64,000 nt of DNA, taken from positions 1,383-65,382 of the forward strand of contig CAZNFR010000005.1 in the NCBI GenBank assembly GCA_964572225.1. Direction: 5' to 3'. The stretch comes from an uncultured Bacteroidaceae bacterium (lineage in GTDB: Bacteria; Bacteroidota; Bacteroidia; Bacteroidales; GCA-2748055). The translations under genes and the position numbers were made by a program. Below, in pieces: positions 26,921-34,821 of the stretch. The notes under the pieces are model-generated. The model was given only the letters and a program-made list of their open reading frames with translations. It ran no database searches and had not been told where the DNA came from. Positions within the stretch are counted from its first letter, which is position 1, and every line of letters starts with the position of its first letter.

Positions 26921-29344
26921 ATGCCTAAGCATCCTAAGAGTGAGTTTAGTTTCAATGATTTCAAAAATGAAGTCCTCCAGGATTACCACCTGGCCCACAT
27001 GAGCAGGCAATGCTCCGTTCTTGCAAGAAAGGAGGTACTTACGGGAAAGGCAAAGTTTGGAATATTTGGCGATGGGAAGGAAGTAGCCCAAATAGCCATG
27101 GCCAAAAGTTTTCAGCCCGGCGACTGGCGTTCAGGTTATTACCGGGATCAGACCTTTATGTTCGCCACGGGTATGTCCACCCCTGAAGAATTTTTTTCCC
27201 AGTTATACGGAGATACCGATCTGGAATGGAACCCGTCCAATGGAGGCCGTTCTTTCAACAACCATTACGGAACGCGGTATATTGATGAGGAAGGATACTG
27301 GAAATCGCAGACAGAATCGGGAAACTCTGCAGCAGATCTTTCCCCAACGGCCGGGCAAATGCCCAAAATTGTAGGATTAGGTTATGCATCGAAGCTATAC
27401 CGGAGTAATCCTGATCTTGACAAAGAAAATAAGTTTTCAGTTGAAGGTAACGAAGTGGTATTCGGAACCATTGGAGATGCAAGTACTGCTGAGGGCCATT
27501 TTTTCGAAAGTATCAATGCTGCCGCAGTGCTCGAGATCCCTGTAGCCATTGCCGTATGGGATGACGGTTATGGGATCTCGGTTACCAAGGATTATCAAAT
27601 CGTCAAGGCAAGCATTAGTGAGGCCCTTAAAGGGTTTATTAAAGAGGAAAATAAAAACGGAATTTACCTTTATTATGCCAGAGGATGGGATTACGCGGGC
27701 ATGTGCAAGGTTTTTGAAGCAGGAATCGCCAAAGCCAGAAATGAACATATTCCTGTTCTTTTCCATATTGACGAAATGGTGCAACCTCTCGGACACTCCA
27801 CCTCCGGCTCACACGAACGATATAAATCCAAAGAAAGACTTGAGTGGGAAGAAGAACATGATCCTCTCCTGAAAATGCGGGAGTGGTTAATGGAACAGAA
27901 CATTGCCTCCGCTGAGGAACTTGATAGTATTGAAGAAGAGGCAGGAAACCGGGCAAAGGAAGCTCAGGAAAAAGCCTGGGATAATTATATCAACCCCATA
28001 CGCAAGGAAAAGGAAGCCCTTTTGTCCATAATTAACAATCGTTCCTGCAAATGCAAAAATGATAACTTCGATAAGATTGAATCGCTTTCAACCGATCTTA
28101 AAAGAATTGCAAACCCTATTCGTAAGGATATAATAAGCACTGCGAAACGAATACTCAGGCACGTGTGCATTGACTGTCCTGTAAGAAATGAACTACAGAA
28201 CGACATTGGAATCTGGCTCGCAGAACAAAAGCAGAGAAACAACCAAAGATATAGTACTACACTTTATAATGAATTCCCCAGATCTGCCCTTAAAGTAAAA
28301 GAAATAAAACCTAAGTATGATCATGATTCGAAGTTGTTGAATGCCCGCGAGGTATTGCGCGACAATTTTGATGTTTTATTCAGTAAATACCCAGAATTGC
28401 TTACGTTTGGAGAGGATACGGGAAAAATTGGCGATGTGAATAAGGGACTTGAAGGCCTGCAGGATAAGTACGGAGAATTAAGACTTTCGGATACCGGCAT
28501 CCGAGAAACCACCATCCTGGGTCAGGGAATAGGATTAGCAATGAGAGGGTTAAGACCCATAGCTGAGATCCAGTATTTTGATTACCTTTTGTATGGATTA
28601 CAAACCCTGAGCGACGATCTTGCCAGCCTGCATTACCGTACAAGGGCAGGTCAATCAGCCCCGGTGATTATCCGGACCCGTGGGCACAGACTCGAAGGAA
28701 TATGGCATTCAGGCTCCCCTATGGGAATGGTAATTAATGCCATCAGGGGAATATATGTTTGTGTCCCCAGAGATATGACAAGAGCCTCAGGAATGTATAA
28801 CACCTTGCTTCAGTCAGATGACCCTGCACTGGTGATCGAACCACTGAATGGATATCGCTTAAAAGAGAAATTGCCTTCCAATCTTGGGGAATTTACCGTA
28901 CCCCTTGGAAAACCCGAGATCCTTGTTGAAGGAAGCGATGTTACCCTGGTTACCTATGGTAGCTGTGTCAGAATCGCTCTTTCCGCAATTGAACAGCTGA
29001 AGGAATTCGATATTCATGTGGAGCTTATTGATGTGCAGACATTATTGCCTTTCGATCTTGATCATATGATTGTGGAGTCGGTCAGGAAAACCAATCGGGT
29101 GGTATTTTTTGATGAGGATGTTCCGGGGGGTGCAACCGCTTATATGATGCAAAAAGTGCTGGAGGAGCAGAAGGCCTTTTTCTATCTTGATGCTGAGCCA
29201 CGAACTCTTTCCGCCAGGGAGCACAGACCCGCCTATGCCAGTGATGGAGATTATTTTTCAAATCCCAATGCGGAGAATGTATTCGAGCTTATCTATGAGA
29301 TGATGAATTCGGCTGATCCTTCCAAATACCCGGCTATTTACTGA
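26921..29344 (+). CDS. 2-oxoacid dehydrogenase E1, fused alpha/beta subunit
   Basis: 807 aa. GDGKEVAQ, TPP motif GDASTAEG..WDDGYGIS, GHSTSG; beta part GEDTG, DTGIRE, EIQYFDY, HSGSP. Confidence 0.92.
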   Translation: MPKHPKSEFSFNDFKNEVLQDYHLAHMSRQCSVLARKEVLTGKAKFGIFGDGKEVAQIAMAKSFQPGDWRSGYYRDQTFMFATGMSTPEEFFSQLYGDTDLEWNPSNGGRSFNNHYGTRYIDEEGYWKSQTESGNSAADLSPTAGQMPKIVGLGYASKLYRSNPDLDKENKFSVEGNEVVFGTIGDASTAEGHFFESINAAAVLEIPVAIAVWDDGYGISVTKDYQIVKASISEALKGFIKEENKNGIYLYYARGWDYAGMCKVFEAGIAKARNEHIPVLFHIDEMVQPLGHSTSGSHERYKSKERLEWEEEHDPLLKMREWLMEQNIASAEELDSIEEEAGNRAKEAQEKAWDNYINPIRKEKEALLSIINNRSCKCKNDNFDKIESLSTDLKRIANPIRKDIISTAKRILRHVCIDCPVRNELQNDIGIWLAEQKQRNNQRYSTTLYNEFPRSALKVKEIKPKYDHDSKLLNAREVLRDNFDVLFSKYPELLTFGEDTGKIGDVNKGLEGLQDKYGELRLSDTGIRETTILGQGIGLAMRGLRPIAEIQYFDYLLYGLQTLSDDLASLHYRTRAGQSAPVIIRTRGHRLEGIWHSGSPMGMVINAIRGIYVCVPRDMTRASGMYNTLLQSDDPALVIEPLNGYRLKEKLPSNLGEFTVPLGKPEILVEGSDVTLVTYGSCVRIALSAIEQLKEFDIHVELIDVQTLLPFDLDHMIVESVRKTNRVVFFDEDVPGGATAYMMQKVLEEQKAFFYLDAEPRTLSAREHRPAYASDGDYFSNPNAENVFELIYEMMNSADPSKYPAIY

Positions 29345-30832
29345 TCAAATATCCCTGCGGTTCTTTTCGAAACTCCTTTTAACCTGTGGTTCACCTTGTT
29401 TAAACCGCCGTATACCGATGTTAAAACTGGCAATAAAGATGCTGACAAAAGGATTAATCAGGTTAAAAAATGCAAAAGGCAGATAATCAAGGGTAGGCAC
29501 TCCGAGCACCCGTGATTGAGTAGCTCCGCATGTATTCCAGGGAATAAGCACACTGGTTATGGTTCCTCCATCCTCCAGGGTACGGCTCAACACCTCCGGC
29601 TTTAATCCACGTTCCCGGTAGGTATTGGCAAACATCCTGCCAGGAACGACTATAGAAATGTACTGGTCGGATGCAGTTATATTAAAGAAAATACTGGTTC
29701 CTATAGTGGTAGCGACCAATGAGCCCGTAGATTTGGCAAATCGGATCACTGAACTGGTTATCCTAACCAATAACCCGCCCGATTCCATGGTTCCACCGAA
29801 TACCATGGCAGAAAGAATGAGCCAGATGGTATTTAGCATTCCGGCCATACCTGTGGAAGATAATAGCTCAGTAACCATTTCATTGGAAGTTGGAATATTC
29901 ACATTTCCGTAAATCGCCTGCATAACAGAAATATAGGACGCTTTGAAAAAGTTATCCGTGACTCCGGAGATCTCTGAAATAAGATGGGGCTGAAAAATTA
30001 TCGCAAATAGCCCTCCCAGCAAACTGCCGGCAAGAATGGACGGGAGAGGAGGAACCTTAAGGATAATAATGGTAAGCAGGATTGCAGGAACCAGGAAGAG
30101 CCAGCCGTTTATCACAAATTTCTCTTCAATGGCAGAAAGGACAAGGTTTATGTTATCAAGATCGGTATTAAAGTCGTAGGTAAATCCCATCACCAGAAAA
30201 ATAACCAAGGTGATTAATATACTTGGGCCGGTAGTAATGATCATATAGCGTATATGAGTGAAAAGATCGGTACCGGCCATGGCAGGAGCAAGGTTGGTTG
30301 TGTCGGATAGGGGTGACATTTTATCACCAAAATAGGCTCCGGAGATGACCGCACCAGCCACAATTCCTTCTTTAATTCCCAAAGCCGTCCCAATCCCGAT
30401 CAATGCAATCCCGATGGTAGCTATGGTTGACCATGAGCTGCCGGTAGCAAGAGATACAATGGCAGTTATGATCACACAGGCAAAAAGGAAAATAGAAGGA
30501 TGAAAAACTTTTAGTCCGTAGTAGATCATTGCCGGAACCACTCCGGAAATTACCCAGGTGCCTGCCAGAGCCCCAATTAAGAGTAATATGAGTATTGAAG
30601 GCATGGCCGAACTGATCGATTTTACGATTCGGGTACGCACATAAGACCAGGAGTTCCCAAGGGTAACAGCAATACCTCCCGCCACCGCAGCAGCCAGGAT
30701 CAATACCACCTGGTTGGCGCCATCCAGGGTGTGATCCCCAAAAAAGTTTACGTTGAGACTTAACAGAGAGATCAGAAAAATTATCGGAACCAGTGCCTGC
30801 AATAAATTGGGTTCACGCCCTTTATGCTCCAT
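29345..30832 (-). CDS. nhaC: Na+/H+ antiporter NhaC
   Basis: ATGSSWSTIATIG, SGAYFGDKMSPLSDTTNLAPA, SRTLED, LIPWNTCGA. Confidence 0.94.
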   Translation of the reverse strand: MEHKGREPNLLQALVPIIFLISLLSLNVNFFGDHTLDGANQVVLILAAAVAGGIAVTLGNSWSYVRTRIVKSISSAMPSILILLLIGALAGTWVISGVVPAMIYYGLKVFHPSIFLFACVIITAIVSLATGSSWSTIATIGIALIGIGTALGIKEGIVAGAVISGAYFGDKMSPLSDTTNLAPAMAGTDLFTHIRYMIITTGPSILITLVIFLVMGFTYDFNTDLDNINLVLSAIEEKFVINGWLFLVPAILLTIIILKVPPLPSILAGSLLGGLFAIIFQPHLISEISGVTDNFFKASYISVMQAIYGNVNIPTSNEMVTELLSSTGMAGMLNTIWLILSAMVFGGTMESGGLLVRITSSVIRFAKSTGSLVATTIGTSIFFNITASDQYISIVVPGRMFANTYRERGLKPEVLSRTLEDGGTITSVLIPWNTCGATQSRVLGVPTLDYLPFAFFNLINPFVSIFIASFNIGIRRFKQGEPQVKRSFEKNRRDI

Positions 30833-31035
30833 AAATGAATTGAAGATTTAAAGCGAAAGATAAGGATTATATTTTAAAAACCCTTTTCCCCTTTCCATGG
30901 AGAATAAGCAGGGAAGGGTTGTTAAAAAGATTCTAAATAATCCGGAAATTGGGAATATTTTTATTAATTTGACACTGATTTAACTGTCATTTGTTTTTTT
31001 GTACATCCGGTTATTTGAATGATCAATCATAAGCA

Positions 31036-31623
31036 ATGGATCTGAATATTGATTTTTTCGAGATTAAAAACGACAGAGTTGCATCAAAGGGTCTGGTACT
31101 AATTTCTGAACCCTTTCTCAGCGATAGCTATTTCAAGAGATCGGTTGTATTTCTTACCGAGCTCTCCGATGAAGGATCAGTTGGTTTTGTTCTCAATAAA
31201 CCGGTAGACTTAAAACTTCAGGAAGTTATAAATGATTTTCCTCCGTTTGAAGCGGTCATAAGTATAGGTGGACCGGTTAATACCAACACGGTTCATTATC
31301 TGCATACCCTGGGTGATAAGATCCCTGATAGCGTGCATGTTAAAGATAATATCTACTGGGGTGGCAGCTTCGATGTTGTTAAAGAACTAATCGATTCCGG
31401 TGATTTGAGCAGTAATGATATTCGGTTCTTTTTGGGATATTCAGGTTGGTCACCCAATCAGCTTGAAGATGAACTAAGTGAAAATGCCTGGCTGATAGCT
31501 GAACTAAGCAATGATTTGATTATGAACGGAGTTGAAGCTAATATCTGGGTTGATATCCTGAAGAAGATGAAAAATAAGTACAAGGTCTGGGCAAATTTTC
31601 CGGAAAATCCCGGAATGAATTAA
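31036..31623 (+). CDS. YqgE/AlgH family protein
   Basis: FKRSVVFL, GFVLNKP, GGPV, RFFLGYSGWSPNQLEDEL, PENPGMN. Confidence 0.92.
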   Translation: MDLNIDFFEIKNDRVASKGLVLISEPFLSDSYFKRSVVFLTELSDEGSVGFVLNKPVDLKLQEVINDFPPFEAVISIGGPVNTNTVHYLHTLGDKIPDSVHVKDNIYWGGSFDVVKELIDSGDLSSNDIRFFLGYSGWSPNQLEDELSENAWLIAELSNDLIMNGVEANIWVDILKKMKNKYKVWANFPENPGMN

Positions 31624-32111
31624 GGAATAATATCCGTAAGAAAGGACATATTGCTGTTTGCTTTCACCAAAAGGGTTTTAAGTCCGGCCTTTCTTCCCGC
31701 TTCCATATCCGTTTCCCTGTCTCCAACGAACCAGGACCGTAAAGGGTCTATGTTAAACCTGGAAATTGCCTTCTGGATATTGATATACCCCGGTTTTCGG
31801 CAAAGACACTTTTCATTGTCGCTGTGATGGGGACAATAGTATATTTCGGCAAGATCGATGCCTGAATTTTTAAGCTGAAGGGTCATGAGATCATGAATGG
31901 CCGTTACGTCCTTATGGGTATAAAGGTTTTTGGAGATCCCCCCCTGATTGGTAATAACGATGAAAATATATCCCCTGTCCCGCAGAATTTTTAAAGTTTC
32001 AATAATGCCGGGATTAAGGAAGAAATCACCGGTGCGGAAAATATAATAGTTGCTCTCTTCATTATTCAGAACACCATCGCGATCAAAAAAAACAGCTTTT
32101 TGTTTTATCAT
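31620..32111 (-). CDS. gmhB: D-glycero-D-manno-heptose 1,7-bisphosphate phosphatase family (HAD IIIA)
   Basis: FFDRDGVLN, ITNQGGI, CPHH...CLCRKP, FVGDRETD. Confidence 0.85.
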   Translation of the reverse strand: MIKQKAVFFDRDGVLNNEESNYYIFRTGDFFLNPGIIETLKILRDRGYIFIVITNQGGISKNLYTHKDVTAIHDLMTLQLKNSGIDLAEIYYCPHHSDNEKCLCRKPGYINIQKAISRFNIDPLRSWFVGDRETDMEAGRKAGLKTLLVKANSNMSFLTDIIP

Positions 32112-32126
32112 CAGTGAGTTACGCCC

Positions 32127-32738
32127 TTAGAAATTATTGAGAAATACGTTAATAAGCCGGGGATTGATCAGAATGGGAAAGATAAATCCAAAAATTGCAC
32201 CCCATAGATGTGCATCATGGTTAATATTATCCCTTCCTGATCGACTCATATAGGTTGAATATGCAAGATATAACACCCCGAATAGTATTCCGGGCATAGG
32301 GATCACCCCATAGAAATAAATCATTTCCATGGGCGAAAAAAATATACTCATAAAAAGGACTGCCGAAACAGCTCCGGATGCCCCAACCGAAACATAATTC
32401 GGATTGTTTTTATGTTTGAGATAACTGGGAATGGAAGCAACCACTACCCCGGCAAAATAAAGCAAAATATAAAAAAGCTTTCCCGAGGGAATCAATCCCT
32501 GATTCTCCAGCATCTCAAAGATTTGTTCTACATACCTTCCAAATGAAAAAAAGACAAGCATATTCACGATCAGATGGATCCAGTCGGCATGAACAAATGA
32601 ATGAGACAAGAGTCTGTACCACTCTTTTTTGGTTCTTACTTCATAAGGAGAATAATCGAGTTTACTGAAAAGATCGGGCCTCTGAAAGCAGGTCAGGGAA
32701 ACAAGGACAGTCGATATCAGAATAATTAGGGTAATCAT
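32127..32738 (-). CDS. Rhomboid intramembrane serine protease
   Basis: WYRLLSHSFVHADWIHLIVNM, GASGAVS (catalytic Ser), HDAHLWGA (catalytic His). Confidence 0.92.
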   Translation of the reverse strand: MITLIILISTVLVSLTCFQRPDLFSKLDYSPYEVRTKKEWYRLLSHSFVHADWIHLIVNMLVFFSFGRYVEQIFEMLENQGLIPSGKLFYILLYFAGVVVASIPSYLKHKNNPNYVSVGASGAVSAVLFMSIFFSPMEMIYFYGVIPMPGILFGVLYLAYSTYMSRSGRDNINHDAHLWGAIFGFIFPILINPRLINVFLNNF

Positions 32739-33754
32739 AAATGGATTATTTTGTAGATCAATTCTTTAAGCAGATCACCCTGATCGGCCGAGGGATTCCC
32801 ATAGCCTTTCGATTTAACATCGGCCTCACGAAGGAAGGATATTATATCAATGGTTTTTCCTGCACTATAGATCCTGGCTGCTTCCTGATAATCCTTCAGA
32901 AAATATGGCGAGACCTTGAGTACAGAAGCCAGGTTGCTATTGCCTGTTTTTTTCTCCTTGTGGAGCAGAAGTACCTTGGAAAAAAAGAAATACAAACCTG
33001 CAAGGATCTGAGGCATGGAATTTTTTCTTGGATTGGATGCAAAATAACGAATGATCCGGTTCGCTTTTACCATATCTCTTTTGATCAGGGCATTCTGCAA
33101 CTCAAAAGTATTGTACTCCTTACTGATCCCGATATTCTTTTCAATCATTGCCGAGGTAATGATGCTCAGGTTTTCGGGAAGGATTATCAGGAGTTTCTCT
33201 AATTCTTTTTCGATCTTTGAAAGGTCATTTCCCAGGAACTCGGTTAGAAGAACAGCCGCCTTGGGTTCAATCTTTTTAGACCTTTTTTTTAGAACATCCG
33301 AGATCCACTGTGGTATACGGTCATCGTACAATTTGTCGGATTCAAAATAAACCGATTTTTCCCTGAGAATTTTATATAGTTTCTTTCGTTTATCGGGCTT
33401 CCGGTACTTGTAATTTATGACAAGCAGGGTCGATTTCAACGGCTGTTCAAGATAGTAAACAAGGTCATCCATATCCTTTATTTCCTGGGCTTCCTTAACA
33501 ACGACCAATTGCAAGCTACCCATCATCGGGAATCTTCTGGAAACATCAATGAGGGTTCTGACGGTGGTGTCCTCTCCGTAGAGCATGGTAAGATTGAATG
33601 CCTTCTCTTCTTCGGGAATTACATTGGCCAGAATGTATTCTGTGATTTTATCAATAAAGTAGGGTTCCTCTCCTGCGAGGAAATACACAGGATGGTAGAT
33701 CCTGTTTTTCAGATCCTCAAGAATCTGGGTATAGGTATAGTTATTCTTTATCAT
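32735..33754 (-). CDS. holA: DNA polymerase III delta subunit
   Basis: PVYFLAGEEPYFID, FNLTMLYG, RRFPMM..QLVVVKEAQ, IEKELEKL, NIGISKEYNTFEL. Start taken at MIKNN (33754). Confidence 0.93.
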   Translation of the reverse strand: MIKNNYTYTQILEDLKNRIYHPVYFLAGEEPYFIDKITEYILANVIPEEEKAFNLTMLYGEDTTVRTLIDVSRRFPMMGSLQLVVVKEAQEIKDMDDLVYYLEQPLKSTLLVINYKYRKPDKRKKLYKILREKSVYFESDKLYDDRIPQWISDVLKKRSKKIEPKAAVLLTEFLGNDLSKIEKELEKLLIILPENLSIITSAMIEKNIGISKEYNTFELQNALIKRDMVKANRIIRYFASNPRKNSMPQILAGLYFFFSKVLLLHKEKKTGNSNLASVLKVSPYFLKDYQEAARIYSAGKTIDIISFLREADVKSKGYGNPSADQGDLLKELIYKIIHL

Positions 33755-33813
33755 TTCTGCGTACCCTCCGGGTTTATGCCCGGCCAGGATTAATATCAAA
33801 GGGTAAAATTGCT

Positions 33814-33821
33814 TATGTTTG
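33814..33821 (+). promoter_or_regulatory. -7 element for the HsdR_N-like gene
   Basis: TATGTTTG, 14 nt upstream of the ATG. Confidence 0.5.
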
Positions 33822-33834
33822 TGGTCGAGAAACC

Positions 33835-34299
33835 ATGAACATACCCGGCTTAAAAATACCAACTTATTCTTTCAAAATAAAATCGGAAGAAGGACGCAGT
33901 TTGATATTTGATCCTTTTCGTAAGAAGTTTGTACGATTAACACCCGAAGAATGGGTAAGGATGAATTTTGCCATGTTTCTGGTGGAAGATAGAGGCTTCC
34001 CTGCCGGCAGGATGGTTATTGAACAATCCCTTAAGTTCAATCAGCTAAGCAAAAGATGTGATATTCTGGTTTATAACAGGGAAATGGACCCTTTGATCAT
34101 GGTTGAATGCAAGGCTCCGGAGGTAAAGATCGGTAAAGGAGTTTTTGATCAGATATCAATGTATAATCTCACTTTCAGGGTAAAGTACCTCATCGTAACG
34201 AATGGTTTAGAGAATTACTTCTGCAGGATCAATTTTGAAGACAGGAATATAGAATTTCTTGACAGGATTCCTGACTACACCGACTTAGAAAAGGGTTAA
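33835..34299 (+). CDS. Stand-alone type I restriction HsdR N-terminal-like (HSDR_N_2) protein
   Basis: IFDPFRKKFVRLTPEEWVR, KRCDILVY, VECKAPEV, QISMYN, TNGL. Confidence 0.88.
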   Translation: MNIPGLKIPTYSFKIKSEEGRSLIFDPFRKKFVRLTPEEWVRMNFAMFLVEDRGFPAGRMVIEQSLKFNQLSKRCDILVYNREMDPLIMVECKAPEVKIGKGVFDQISMYNLTFRVKYLIVTNGLENYFCRINFEDRNIEFLDRIPDYTDLEKG

Positions 34300-34811
34300 A
34301 AAACAAGTTGTAAAAAAAATTCATTTTTCCATCCCCCCGGTGTTTTTATCCAGGCAAGCTTTTCGCCTGTGATCCTGAATCCCTTTTTAAGAAACAGACT
34401 GATGCTTTCCTGATTATTCTCAAGGATATTGCAATAGAGCTGTTTAAGCAAAAGAATGTTTTTGCAATAGTCTATTAAGAGATCCAGAGCTTCCGACGCG
34501 AGGCCTTTTTTTCTTTCCTGTGGATCACCGATAAGGATGCCAGTGCCGGCCCTCAGGTGAAAGGGGTCAAAATCGAAAAGATCGATTGCACCGAGGGGCC
34601 GGAAGTCTTCAGATCTCTCAATCATAAATCTGAGTTGCTTTGTTTCGTATATATCCTTCGATCCGGTTTCAATATACTTCTTAAGTTCGTATCGTGAAAA
34701 AGGTAATAATGTGGTACTCAAATGCCAAATGGAGGTATTGTTTTCCCATCTGTACAGATATTCAAGATCCTCGGGTTCCGGTGCCCTGAGTCTGACAAGT
34801 TTTCCTTCCAT
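34296..34811 (-). CDS. GNAT (RimJ/RimL-like) N-acetyltransferase
   Basis: LRAPEPEDL, YRWENN, GAIDLFDFDP, KGLASEAL, LYCNI, LFLKKGF. Start taken at MEGKL (34811). Confidence 0.88.
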   Translation of the reverse strand: MEGKLVRLRAPEPEDLEYLYRWENNTSIWHLSTTLLPFSRYELKKYIETGSKDIYETKQLRFMIERSEDFRPLGAIDLFDFDPFHLRAGTGILIGDPQERKKGLASEALDLLIDYCKNILLLKQLYCNILENNQESISLFLKKGFRITGEKLAWIKTPGGWKNEFFLQLVF

Positions 34812-34821
34812 TATTTTACTT

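Noticed and set aside
33835-34299. Type I restriction-modification or defence system
   Set aside because: Only a stand-alone HsdR N-terminal-like domain is present, with no hsdM/hsdS. It is a common Bacteroidota gene divergent from holA.
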